Shown here: in pieces, positions 34,018 to 44,102 of the stretch | Layout of the letters: the number at the start of each line of letters is the position of its first letter | How positions within the stretch are numbered: position 1 is the stretch's first letter | Assembly (NCBI GenBank): GCA_963704165.1 | Contig: CAVPHD010000003.1 | Location: 128,001 to 192,000 of the forward strand | Reading direction: 5' to 3' | From: an uncultured delta proteobacterium | GTDB lineage: Bacteria > Myxococcota_A > UBA9160 > SZUA-336 | DNA length: 64,000 nucleotides | Made by a program: the position numbers and the translations under genes | The notes under the pieces: model-generated | The model's input: the letters and a program-made list of their open reading frames with translations, nothing else | What the model was told of the DNA's origin: nothing | Databases searched by the model: none

Positions 34018-34539
34018 CTAGAAGTCGCGCTCCATCACCGTGCGGCGTCCCTCGCGCATCGCGCTCTCGATCGCGTCGTCGCAGAGCCCGCGCAGCTTGT
34101 CGGAGAGGACCTCCATGACGGCGTCGGAGGTGCTCATGCCCGAGCGCTCGCGCACGTAGGATTTCAGCTTCGAGACCACGACCAGGACCTCGCGCTTCGG
34201 CTTGCTCGTGGCCGGTCGCGACGAGGGCACGATCCGGCGCTGCGGCTCGCGCACCGGCGCGGCTCCGGGCGCCGATGCCGGTGCCGACGCGCCCGCGGCC
34301 TCCTCCGCCTGCTCGCGGAGCCAGGCCTCGCGCGTCGGCGCGCGCCGCTCCTCGGCCCAGGCTTCGCGGTGGTTCATCAGCGGCAGATGGACGTCCCAAC
34401 ACGACGTCGAGCAGAACACGAGTCCCGTGCGCTTGCGGTTGCAGGTCGAGACGTTGCACACCCAGAAGGTCCTCGTGAAGCCGATCTCCTTCTTGCAACT
34501 GCTGCAGCGCCGCCAGAAGCTCGTACCCGCCTCACTCAT
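34018..34539 (-). CDS. Bacterial histone with N-terminal ZZ-type zinc finger (ZZ histone)
   Basis: C12/C15/C28/C33/C43/C47/H51/H57 zinc ligands; Ala/Pro/Ser-rich linker; C-terminal [57 protein letters not shown] closely resembles the Bdellovibrio histone Bd0055 and contains the RxTxxxxD signature; RBS GGAGG. Confidence 0.88.
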   Translation of the reverse strand: MSEAGTSFWRRCSSCKKEIGFTRTFWVCNVSTCNRKRTGLVFCSTSCWDVHLPLMNHREAWAEERRAPTREAWLREQAEEAAGASAPASAPGAAPVREPQRRIVPSSRPATSKPKREVLVVVSKLKSYVRERSGMSTSDAVMEVLSDKLRGLCDDAIESAMREGRRTVMERDF

Positions 34540-34645
34540 GCGTTCCCTCCGAAGTCCGCGCGATCCCGAGATGCCAGCATACTGCGATCGGCAGCACGCA
34601 CGCAGATCCGGCGCAGCTCTGGGTCATTCGTGCACGGGCGCGCGA

Positions 34646-34673
34646 TCAAGTGCCATCCGCGGCGTTCCGATAC
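34646..34673 (+). promoter_or_regulatory. Putative sigma28-like promoter (TCAA-N16-TCCGATAC)
   Basis: Ends 10 nt upstream of the kinase ATG 34684; recurrent motif in this window. Confidence 0.5.
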
Positions 34674-34683
34674 CACTCGCGAC

Positions 34684-36000
34684 ATGATCGGGATCACCAT
34701 CGGAAGTTACGAGATCGCCGAGAAGATCGGCTCGGGTGGCGTCGCCGACGTCTACCGCGCCAGCGATCAGCTGCTCGGACGGAACGTCGCGATCAAATTC
34801 CTGCGCGAGGGTCTCGGCGATCGGCCCGAGGTCGTCGGGCGCTTCCAGACCGAAGCGCGGACGCTCGCCCAACTGATCCACCCCAACGTCGCGCTCTTGT
34901 ACTGCCTGCTTCGCGAAGGACCGCACCTGGGCATGGTGATGGAGTACGTCGAGGGACGGACGTTCGCGCAGCTGCTCGCAGCCTCCGGGCGCCTCGCGCC
35001 CGAACGCGCGCTGCCGCTCGTGCAGCAGGCGCTCGCGGGAATCGGTCATGCGCACGCGGCCGGCATCGTGCACCGCGACATCAAGACGTCCAACCTGATG
35101 CTCGCGACGAACGGCACGGTGAAGGTGATGGACTTCGGGATCGCGCGCTGTCTCGGCACGGATCGCGCGACGCGCCACGGTCACATGGTGGGGACGATGC
35201 AGTACATGTCGCCCGAGCAGGTACGCGGCGAGGAAACGGACGCACGCTCGGACGTGTACGCGCTCGGCGTCCTGCTCTACGAGCTGCTGAGCGGCGAGCT
35301 TCCCTTCGATTCGGACAACGACTACCAGCTCTGCCGGGCACAGATCGAGGAGCCGCCGCGGCCGCTGCGAATGCTCGTTCCGGACCTACCGGACTCGCTC
35401 GAAGCGGTGGTGGCGCGAGCGCTCGCGAAGGATCCGGCCGATCGGTTCGCCAGCGTGCACGAACTCGGCGATGCGCTTCAGAGCTCTTCTCGCCGCACCG
35501 CGGAGGCCCGCCTCACCGTCGATCGCGAAGCTCCCGTCACGCGCGAGCTCGCACTCGAGCAGGCCGAGCAGATCGCGCTCGCGGGCACGCGCTCCTTCAC
35601 GCCCACGGGCTCTTCACCCGCTCCGCGCAAGTCGACGGTCCGTGGCGCCGCAAACGTCCCCACCGATGTGGCGCCCGTCGAGGCCGAAACGGTCGTCGTG
35701 CCCGCGCCGCGCGCGTCTCGCCGCGGCAGGCTCGCCATCGTCGCCTGCGCGCTGATCGCGCTCGCGGTCGTGATCGGGGTGAATCTCGTGGGGCTCGAGG
35801 AGCGATCCGAGCCCACGCCGTCGATCGAGATTCGCGCTTCCGAGGCTGCGCCGGTGGGGCCGCCGATCGCGGTGCCACCGGCACTTCAGTCGGCAACGCC
35901 GAAGGCCGCTAGGTCTCTAGCTCCCAAGCCGACGGCCGCGGCCACGCAGACGCAGGAAGAGCCGCCAGGAGAAGCCAGTTGGGTCATCCGAAGGCGCTGA
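34684..36000 (+). CDS. Hanks-type Ser/Thr protein kinase with one TM helix
   Basis: [63 protein letters not shown]; short Pro/Ala-rich external tail. Confidence 0.93.
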   Translation: MIGITIGSYEIAEKIGSGGVADVYRASDQLLGRNVAIKFLREGLGDRPEVVGRFQTEARTLAQLIHPNVALLYCLLREGPHLGMVMEYVEGRTFAQLLAASGRLAPERALPLVQQALAGIGHAHAAGIVHRDIKTSNLMLATNGTVKVMDFGIARCLGTDRATRHGHMVGTMQYMSPEQVRGEETDARSDVYALGVLLYELLSGELPFDSDNDYQLCRAQIEEPPRPLRMLVPDLPDSLEAVVARALAKDPADRFASVHELGDALQSSSRRTAEARLTVDREAPVTRELALEQAEQIALAGTRSFTPTGSSPAPRKSTVRGAANVPTDVAPVEAETVVVPAPRASRRGRLAIVACALIALAVVIGVNLVGLEERSEPTPSIEIRASEAAPVGPPIAVPPALQSATPKAARSLAPKPTAAATQTQEEPPGEASWVIRRR

Positions 36001-36479
36001 TCTCGGTTCTGGTCGCGCTCTCGTGCGCGGCCTGCGCGTCCCTCCCCGCTCCGCTCGACCGTCCGTTCCGCGCACCGGGCCAGAAGCTCGCCGACTTTCC
36101 CGAATCGGTGGCAGAGGAGTTCCTCTGCGCCGAGCAGACGCTTCCCTGGTTCAAGCTCGAGAAGGTCGAGATCTGGCCCAAGCGCGTGCGACCGGGCGGC
36201 GAAGTGGGTCACCGAATGGTGTACGTGCTCTGCACCGCCGGTCCGACCGAGGTCGTGACCGGCCGCCTCGAGATGAGAATCCTGTACCGGGGGAAACCGA
36301 TCGGCGGTGTCCCGGAGCCGACCTACGATCTGCGGCCGGGGCGCTGGGTCGTCGACGTGTTCGTCGCCGTTCCGCCCGAGGCGATCGACGGGCTCTACGC
36401 GCTCGAACTCGACTTCGAGAGCAGCGCCGTGAAATTCGCCGAGAGCGAGACTTTTGCCGTCGAGGCGGCCGCCAAGTAG
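35979..36479 (+). CDS. Hypothetical lipoprotein (beta-rich)
   Basis: Lipoprotein-like signal [14 protein letters not shown]; overlaps the kinase 3' end; TTG start uncertain. Confidence 0.65.
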   Translation: MGHPKALISVLVALSCAACASLPAPLDRPFRAPGQKLADFPESVAEEFLCAEQTLPWFKLEKVEIWPKRVRPGGEVGHRMVYVLCTAGPTEVVTGRLEMRILYRGKPIGGVPEPTYDLRPGRWVVDVFVAVPPEAIDGLYALELDFESSAVKFAESETFAVEAAAK

Positions 36480-36492
36480 CCGCCGCGCGCGC

Positions 36493-37230
36493 TCAGAGCT
36501 TCTCGGGCAGTTCGAAGGTCGCGTGCATGTGCTCGGTGAAGGTCGTGAACAGTGCCCGCCGGGGCAGGCCGAGCACCCGCAGCTCGTTCGCCAGTGGGTG
36601 ACTGCCGAGCACGAGCTCCGCTCCGCCGAGCCGCATCGCGAATCCCTCGCCACCCATCCTCGCGCGTGTGCGATGCGGCACGCCGTGCAGGTAGGTGTAC
36701 GAGATCAGCTCGCGCTCGGGCATACGGCCGGTTCCGCCGCGCGGAAAGCCGATCGTCAGCGCGTGCTCGCCGTCGACGTCGAGCCGGCAGGAATAGCGCT
36801 CGGCGCTCGCTTCGATCGCGATCCGCTCGACCGTCTTCGGAAAGCCCCAGATCGCCTTGCCGGCCTCGCAGGTGAAGCTCTGATTCACCGGCAGACGGTG
36901 GATGTACGTTCCGAGCTTTCCGCGCAGGAATTCGACGAGCGTGGAGACGACGGGCCAGCCGGGTCCGGCACCTCGCGGCCGGACGAAGAACGCGATCGAG
37001 ACCTCGTCGTAGTCGCCGAGGTCGTTGTCCCGGTAGTCGATCGCGGCGATCGAGAGCAGCGCGCGCCCCGGCAGAAGCTCTGCGACCTCGAATGCGCCAT
37101 CGGGGATCAGACGCCGGGCCGCCGCGCTCGAGACCAGAAACGTGGCCGATGCATTGGTGGCGTCGCGCACGACGACCGGGAGCGTCACGGCTCGGCCCCC
37201 GATCTCGAAGCGCGCGGCTTCCGGAGTCAA
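36493..37230 (-). CDS. Acetoacetate decarboxylase (ADC-like) family protein
   Basis: IDYRDNDLGDYDEV, LPVNQSFTCEAGKAIWGFPK (Schiff-base Lys motif). Confidence 0.85.
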   Translation of the reverse strand: MTPEAARFEIGGRAVTLPVVVRDATNASATFLVSSAAARRLIPDGAFEVAELLPGRALLSIAAIDYRDNDLGDYDEVSIAFFVRPRGAGPGWPVVSTLVEFLRGKLGTYIHRLPVNQSFTCEAGKAIWGFPKTVERIAIEASAERYSCRLDVDGEHALTIGFPRGGTGRMPERELISYTYLHGVPHRTRARMGGEGFAMRLGGAELVLGSHPLANELRVLGLPRRALFTTFTEHMHATFELPEKL

Positions 37231-38691
37231 CCGGCCGACTTCTGCGCGCCGTTGCGATCCCCGGCGACGACGAGCGTCGGACGGGCGACGGCCAGGCTCA
37301 TGAGTTCGTCGAACGACGCCTCGATCGCGCCTACGAATTCACGCAGATCGGGCACGAGATCGTAGTCGGCGTTGAAGCCCCAGCAGAGCTTTCCGTTGTA
37401 GCTCATCAGCGCGATGCCGAGGCCGAGCCGATCGGTGAGCGGAACGTTCGGGAAGCACTCGAGCATCTCGGCTCCGAGCATGTACATCGGCGCCTGTGGA
37501 CCCGGGACGTTGGTGACCACGAGATTGAAGGGCAAGAGCCGCGTCATGTTGCGTGCGCCGAGCGCGAGCAGCGTCGATGGCGTGTATTCGGCCGCCTGCG
37601 TGAGCACCTCTGCGCCGACCGCGCTCTTGGACTCCTTGAGCCAGGTGGTGCGCTCGGAGATCTGCTCGAGCTGAACCCGCCGGTCCACCTGCCCGACGGG
37701 CAGCGGCACGATCCACGCCGATACGCGATTGCCCAGCGCCCCGTGCTCATTCTCGGTTCGCACCGAGACGGGCGCCATCACCCGGAAGTCGAGCTTGTCG
37801 GGGTTCACGTGCCGCGCGCGCAGGAAGTTGCGCACCGCGCCGGTCACGATCGTCAGCACGATGTCGTTCAACGAACCACCGAGCGCCTTGCGAAGCTTCT
37901 TGATGTCCGCGAGATCCATCGTCAGCCAGTCGAAGCGGCGATGCGGACCGATCTCGCGATTGAACGGCGTTTCGGACGGCAGCCGCAGGCTCCCGCCCAT
38001 CGCCTCGGTGAGCGCGCGAATTCGCGTCAGCAGGTCGAATCGAATGCTCTGCGCCGTGCGGATCGCGCTCGTCGCACCGCGCAGGATCTCGAACGGCAGA
38101 CGTGCGCGGCGCAGAAGCTCGTGACGCATGAGCTCGAAGCCCGAGGGCGCCGGGCGCGGAACCCAGCTCGGCTCGTCGGGCGTGCGCGTGTCGGGCTCGG
38201 GAGACATCAGGACGCGCATGATGTCGACGCCCGATGCGCCGTCGATCATGCAGTGGTGCGTCTTCGAGATGATCGCGAAGCGGTCGTCCTCGAGTCCCTC
38301 GACGATCCACATTTCCCAGAGCGGGCGACTGCGGTCGAGATGCTGTTGGAGGATGCGCGCGGACAGGCGCTTCAGCTGCTCGTCGGTGCCCGGGCGCGGA
38401 AGTCCCGGTGTGACGCAGGTGGAAGTCGAGATTGAAGTTGTCGTCGTCGACCCAGACCGGCTGGTTCTCGAACGGGATCCAGGCGAGCTTCTGCCGGTAG
38501 CGGGGAATTCTGTGCAGGAGCGAAGCGAGCAGCTTGCGAATCCGCGCGGCATCGACACCGCCGCCCTCGGTGCGCAGAGGCCCGGTCTTGTGGATCTGCG
38601 TCGCACCCACGTGCATGTACGAGCTGGGCTTCTCGAGCAGCAGGAACGAGTTGTCGAGGGCGGTGAGTCGATCGTAGGCGTAACGGGGCAT
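37227..38691 (-). CDS. Wax ester/triacylglycerol synthase (WS/DGAT); one frameshift near 38405
   Basis: LTALDNSFL..E...MHVG, LDRSRPLWE, catalytic HHCMIDG, SLNDIVL, TNVPGP. Confidence 0.92.
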
Positions 38692-38727
38692 TCGGGGAGC
38701 TCGCTTTCGTCGGTTGTCTCGGCCCCT

Positions 38728-38756
38728 CGAATAGTCGGCAGGCCGCGGCTTGTCAA
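38728..38756 (-). promoter_or_regulatory. Sigma70-like promoter of WS/DGAT
   Basis: Minus strand TTGACA-N17-TATTCG, about 37 nt upstream of the ATG. Confidence 0.5.
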
Positions 38757-38770
38757 TGAATTCCGCGCGT

Positions 38771-41700
38771 TCAGGCGTCGGGTGCCGATTCCTCGAGCCG
38801 GTCGAGCAAGAGACGCGCGGCGCGTCCCGCGTAGTGGTCGAGGCCGAGCGGACGCAAGCGCGCGATCGCAAGCTTCGCGTGCGCGACTTTGGCCCCCTCG
38901 TCGCCCCGCATTCGGGCGACCTCGGCCAGGCCGAGGTGCGCGCGCCCTTCCACCTGGGCGAGGCCGCAGGACTTCGCGCGCGCGGCCGCGTCCGCGAAAT
39001 GACGCTCGGCGGTATCGAGATGTTGCAGACCGGACGCGAGCGCGACCAACCCGAGCGACAACGCGGCCTTCGCCTCGCGGAGCCGTCCGCCCGCTCGAGC
39101 CACGCGCGCCTCGGCCAGACGGCGAGCGCGCGCGACCTCGGAGTGCTCGAGGAGCGCTTCGACGATCGCCTCGGAGCCGGAGCCGAGATCCCCGTTCGAG
39201 AGCAACCCGCGCTCGAGCCGATCGATCTCGGCGCTGCTGACGCCCGTCGGGCCCCGCTGCGCGCGAACCAGGAGAAGAGTCGCCGCGGCGGATCTCCGAG
39301 AGGCGAGGCTCTCGATCGCCTCGGCGATCGGCAAGGCGACCTTCGCCCAGCGCTCCGCTTCGTCGTACGCGCCGCGAGCGAATGCGATCGACGCGAGCAT
39401 CGAAGCCGACGCGGCCTTCACCGTGCGGTTCGCGAAGCGGTCCGCGAGCGCGAACGATTCCGCGATCCACGACGCGGCGGTCTCGTAATCGCCGCTGTCG
39501 AGGAGCAGCCGGGCGCGGAAGAAACGTGCACCCATGTACGGCTCGGTTCCGCGCGATGCGTCGCCGTTGCGCTCGAACTCCGCGAGGATGCCGTCGACCA
39601 GGCGGCCCGCCTCTTCGAAGCGCGCGTCGAGGACGTAGGCGAAGACCAGCCCGCGCACCGCGCGCACGATCGAGAGCGCCGAGCCCGAGCGACGCGCGAT
39701 CTCGACGCTCTCCTCGACCATGGCGATCCCCTCGGCGAAGTGCTCCTGAGGGCCGTTCAAGGTCAGCAGGCCATAGGCCGCCAGCAGGTTCGAGTGCAGC
39801 TCGAGATCGCCGACCTCCTCGGCGAGTTCGATGCCGCGCTGCGCCGCGCGTCGATCCGCGTCGGACTCCGAGTCCCCGTAGACCGCTGCCGCGGTACAGA
39901 TCCCCACCGCAGCTTCGAGAGCGATGCGCTTCAGCGTCTGCGCCGGAGTCCGCGTCTCGTCGAGCACTCCCTCCGCGAGAAGCCACGCCTCGCGATAGAG
40001 CCGCATCGCGTCGCCGTACGAAGGGAGCGCCTGTGCCTGCTGAGCGGCCGCCAAGAGCGCGCGGATCCCCCGCGTGCGGTCGTCGCCTCGGGCGAGATGG
40101 TGAGCGGCGAGCGCGAGCCGACCCCGAGCGTCACCGAACTGCGTCGAGTCGCGACTCTCCGCTTCGAGCACTTCCGCAGCGCGATCGTGGAGCGACCGGC
40201 GTTCGCGCAGGAGCAGGCCCTCGTACGCGACCTCCTGCGTCAGGCTCTCGCCGAAGCGAAGCTCGTCCTCGGCCATGCCCCCGCTGCGGTGCAGCACGCC
40301 GCGCCGCTCGAGCTCTTCGAGCTCGGAATCGACGTCGATCGGCTCCTCCGCGAGGAGCACCGCGAGATGTCGTCGCCTGAACTGCCGGCCGAGCACGGCG
40401 GCGACCTGCGCGACGCGCTTCGCGCCCGGCCGGAGCCGATCGATCCGCGCGCCGAGGACCTCCCCGATCGTATCGGGAATGCGGATCTCCTCGGAGCTCC
40501 GCGTCGCCAGGACCCGCCCGTCGCTCGCGACGAGCGTGCCGTCCTCGACCAAGGTGCGCGTCAGCTCCTCGAGATAGAAGGGATTCCCGTCGGCCTTGCG
40601 CAGGATGCGCTCCTCGACCTCGCGGGGGGCGGGGCCGCCGGCACGCGCGCGCACGATGCGAAGCGCATCCGCCTCACCGAGCGGGCGAAGCCGCAGCTGC
40701 GTGAACGCGCCGTTCGGCTGCCAGCTCGGTTGGTGGTCGGGGCGGTAGGTCGTCACGATCATCAAGCGCGCGCTGCCGGTGCGCGCGACGGCCATCTCCA
40801 GGATGCGGCGAGACGCGTCGTCGAGCCAGTGGAGATCTTCGATGATCATCACCACCGGTGCGCGGAGCGAGGTGCGCGCGATCAACCGCGAGACCGCGTC
40901 GAATCCGCGCAGCTGCGCAGGATCGCTCTCGTCGGCCTGCCTTTCCTCGACGGGGATCGAGAGCAACCAGCACAGGTCGCTGTAGCCCTCGTCCCGAGTC
41001 CCGTCCTCGCCGCTCAATCGCTTCGAGATCTTCTCGCAGGCGCAGCGCTCGTCGTCGGCCGGAGTCACGTCGAACCAGCGCCTCAGCATCGCCGCCCACG
41101 GCGCGTACGGCACCGAGCGCGTCAGCGACGAACAACGCGTTTCGAGCAGCTCGAGCTCCCTTCCCTCGAGCCGCTTCCTGAACTCGTGCACGAGGCGCGA
41201 TTTTCCGATTCCGGCGTCGCCCACGATGGAGACGACCTGCGCGAGCCCGCCTTCGAGGCGATCGAAGCACGCCTCGAGCTGCGCGAGCTCCGCCTCGCGG
41301 CCGACGAACGGGGTCAGCTCGCCGCGCTCGCCGCTGAAAGAGGGGGCCCGCTCGGCCAGGCCATCGACCTGGTGCGCGGTCACGGGCTCGCTCCTTCCCT
41401 TCACGTCGAAGGGCCCGACCGGCGAGGTGCCGAACCGGCCGTGCAGGAGCGCACGCGTCGCGTCCGAGATCACGATCGTGCCGGGCGCGGCAATCGACTG
41501 AAGTCGCGCGGCGAGGTTGGTCGTGTCCCCGATCGCGGTGTAGTCCATCTTCAGGTCGTTGCCGACGGTACCCGCGACGACGATCCCGGTGTGGATGCCG
41601 ATGCGCGCGCGCAGCGCGACGCCGCGTTCCGCGAGCAGCCGCTTCGAGAGCTCGCCGAGCGACGATTGGATCGCGAGCGCCGCGCGCACGGCGCGCTCCG

Positions 41701-42193
41701 GAGCGTCCTCGTGCGCGATCGGCGCGCCGAACAGCGCCATGAACCCATCGCCTGCGAGCTGATTGACGATTCCCTCGAAGCGGTAGATCTCGGCGAGGAC
41801 GAGCTCGAGATAGCGATCGAGCAGCTCGCGGTAGACCTCGGGATCGAGGTTCTCGGCGATCGCGGTCGAGCCGACCAGATCACAGAAGAAGACCGTCGCT
41901 CGCTTTCGCTCCCCCGCCACCGCACCCGACGACCGGATTCTCGACGCGAGCGTCTCTGGAATGTGTCGCGCGATTCGCGCGAGCTGCTCGTCGATCGGAG
42001 CCGTCGGCTCGCTCGTGTTCGGGCTCGAAGGTACGGACGCGTCGCCCTGCGCGCGCCCGCACTCGGGGCAGAACCGCCAGGTGGGCTCCAGCCGGGTGCC
42101 GCACTCCGAGCACGCGGCTGGGACCGGCGCTCCGCAGGCGTGACAGAACTTCTTTCCGGGCAGGAGCTCGGTCCCGCACTGCGCACAGGGCAT
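38771..42193 (-). CDS. Double zinc ribbon - class III nucleotide cyclase - AAA/STAND ATPase - TPR-like protein
   Basis: Four CxxC pairs; FCDLVGST, AGDG, DYTAIGDTTNLAARLQ; FVGREAEL, GDAGIGKS, IEDLHW, GNPFYLEEL; helical C-terminus. Confidence 0.92.
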   Translation of the reverse strand: MPCAQCGTELLPGKKFCHACGAPVPAACSECGTRLEPTWRFCPECGRAQGDASVPSSPNTSEPTAPIDEQLARIARHIPETLASRIRSSGAVAGERKRATVFFCDLVGSTAIAENLDPEVYRELLDRYLELVLAEIYRFEGIVNQLAGDGFMALFGAPIAHEDAPERAVRAALAIQSSLGELSKRLLAERGVALRARIGIHTGIVVAGTVGNDLKMDYTAIGDTTNLAARLQSIAAPGTIVISDATRALLHGRFGTSPVGPFDVKGRSEPVTAHQVDGLAERAPSFSGERGELTPFVGREAELAQLEACFDRLEGGLAQVVSIVGDAGIGKSRLVHEFRKRLEGRELELLETRCSSLTRSVPYAPWAAMLRRWFDVTPADDERCACEKISKRLSGEDGTRDEGYSDLCWLLSIPVEERQADESDPAQLRGFDAVSRLIARTSLRAPVVMIIEDLHWLDDASRRILEMAVARTGSARLMIVTTYRPDHQPSWQPNGAFTQLRLRPLGEADALRIVRARAGGPAPREVEERILRKADGNPFYLEELTRTLVEDGTLVASDGRVLATRSSEEIRIPDTIGEVLGARIDRLRPGAKRVAQVAAVLGRQFRRRHLAVLLAEEPIDVDSELEELERRGVLHRSGGMAEDELRFGESLTQEVAYEGLLLRERRSLHDRAAEVLEAESRDSTQFGDARGRLALAAHHLARGDDRTRGIRALLAAAQQAQALPSYGDAMRLYREAWLLAEGVLDETRTPAQTLKRIALEAAVGICTAAAVYGDSESDADRRAAQRGIELAEEVGDLELHSNLLAAYGLLTLNGPQEHFAEGIAMVEESVEIARRSGSALSIVRAVRGLVFAYVLDARFEEAGRLVDGILAEFERNGDASRGTEPYMGARFFRARLLLDSGDYETAASWIAESFALADRFANRTVKAASASMLASIAFARGAYDEAERWAKVALPIAEAIESLASRRSAAATLLLVRAQRGPTGVSSAEIDRLERGLLSNGDLGSGSEAIVEALLEHSEVARARRLAEARVARAGGRLREAKAALSLGLVALASGLQHLDTAERHFADAAARAKSCGLAQVEGRAHLGLAEVARMRGDEGAKVAHAKLAIARLRPLGLDHYAGRAARLLLDRLEESAPDA

Positions 42194-42258
42194 CCACTCA
42201 CCTTCGGCCGGTCGTCCCGACCCGTCAAGCAACGTTCTTGGCTACGATGCCGGGCACC

Positions 42259-43026
42259 GTGAAGCTGGTTACCTGGAACGTGAACTCGATCCGGCAGCGC
42301 TTCGAGCGGCTCGTCACGCTGCTCGAGCGCCACTCACCCGACGTGGTGTGTCTGCAGGAGACGAAGGTGACCGACACCGACTTCCCGGCCGATGCTCTGC
42401 GCAAAGCGGGCTACGCGAGCGTCTTCGCGGGACAGAAATCGTACAACGGGGTGGCGATCCTCGCGAAGAGCGCGCCGGCCGACGTCCGCTCGGGCTTTCG
42501 CGACGGCGGCGACGACGAGCAGGCTCGCTTGATCGCGGCGACGATCTCCGACGTGCGCGTGATCTGCGCCTACGTGCCCAACGGCCAGGCGGTGGGAACC
42601 GAGAAGTACGCCTACAAGCTCGAGTGGCTCGAGCGCCTGAGAAAGCTGCTCGAACGCGAGGCCGACCCCGCGCGACCGCTCGCGGTGGTCGGCGACTTCA
42701 ACGTCGCGCCGACCGACGCGGACGTGCACGATCCCGAGGCCTGGCGTGGACAGGTGCTCTGCTCGGAGCCCGAACGTGCGGCCTTGGCGCGCCTGCTCGA
42801 CTGGGGGCTCGTCGATGCGTTCCGCGAGCGCTACCCCGAGCGTGTCGCCTTCACCTGGTGGGACTACCGTCAGCTGGGGTTTCCGAAGAACCGCGGTCTG
42901 CGCATCGATCACGTCTTGATCACGCGACCGCTCGTGACCCGATTGGAGGACATCGTGATCGATCGAGAGGAACGAAAGGGCAAGGGCGCGAGCGACCACG
43001 CTCCTGTGCTGGCGGTGCTGCGATGA
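42259..43026 (+). CDS. xth: Exodeoxyribonuclease III
   Basis: TWNVNSIR, LQETK, YNGVAIL, YVPNG, GDFN, FTWWDYR, GLRIDH, SDHAP. Confidence 0.95.
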   Translation: MKLVTWNVNSIRQRFERLVTLLERHSPDVVCLQETKVTDTDFPADALRKAGYASVFAGQKSYNGVAILAKSAPADVRSGFRDGGDDEQARLIAATISDVRVICAYVPNGQAVGTEKYAYKLEWLERLRKLLEREADPARPLAVVGDFNVAPTDADVHDPEAWRGQVLCSEPERAALARLLDWGLVDAFRERYPERVAFTWWDYRQLGFPKNRGLRIDHVLITRPLVTRLEDIVIDREERKGKGASDHAPVLAVLR

Positions 43027-44094
43027 GGTCGTTCTCCGCGCTCACGGCCGGGCTGCTCTGCTGTGCATGCTCGACCCCGCTCGATCCGATCGTGGACTGC
43101 GCGCCGTCCGCAGACGCTCGGCCGATCTGCGGCTTCCAGAACCCCGAGGATCTCGCGCTGCTTCCCGGCGGAACGAGCCTCGTCGTCAGCCAGATGGGAG
43201 AGATGGACGGCTCCGAGCCGGGGAGCCTGGTCTTCTTCGAGCTCGCGAGCGACGCGATCACGCCGGCTTTTTCTGGCGCGCCCGCGGAGCGCAGCCCGGC
43301 GACGCCGGGCTGGGGCGATCCCGACTGTCGCGAGGCTCCCGACGCCGACTTCAGCCCGCACGGTCTCGCGCTCTCGCGACGGCCCGACGGCGCGCATCAG
43401 CTTCTCGTCGTCAATCACGGCGGCCGCGAGTCGATCGAGTTCTTCGAAGTCGGTGACTCCGGAAACGGGCCTTCGCTGGCGTGGCGCGGCTGCGCGATCC
43501 CACCGGCGGATTCGTTCCTGAACGACGTTGCCGCGCTGCCGGACGGCGGCTTCGTGACCACGCACATGTTCCCGAAGGGCGGAGCTGTCTTCGCGATGCT
43601 CAAGGGAATTCTCGGGCTGTCGACGGGCTGGGTCTACGAATGGCATCCCGGCGCCGGCTTCTCGAAAGTGCCCGGCAGCGACGGTCCGATGCCGAACGGC
43701 ATCGAGGCCGCGGCGGACGGCGAGACGCTGTACGTCGATCTCTATCTCGGAAGCGAAGTCCGGAGAGATCTCGCGAACGACCGGCGAGACCCTCGCCTCG
43801 GTCGAGATCTCCAATCCCGACAACGTCCTGTGGAGCCCCGACGGAAGCCTGCTCGTCGCCTCGCACGATGCGTCGCTGAACGAGATGCGAGCCTGCGGCG
43901 AGATCGAGCGCGGCGCCTGCCCGTTTCGTTTCTCGATCGTGCAGCTCGACCCCGAGTCCCTCACGCCGCGCTCGCTCTACGAGAACGTGGGCCCGCCGAT
44001 GGGCGCCGGCACGGCCGCCCTGCGAATCGGCGACGAGCTCGTGATCGGCAGCTTCCGGGGCGACCGGATCGTGCGCGTGACGCTGCCGAACTGA
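43023..44094 (+). CDS. Paraoxonase/SMP-30-like six-bladed beta-propeller lipoprotein; frameshift near 43765
   Basis: Lipobox LLCCAC; NPEDL, FSPHGL, LLVVNH, LNDV, PNGI, then PDNV in another frame. Confidence 0.8.
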
Positions 44095-44102
44095 CGCGCG
44101 GC

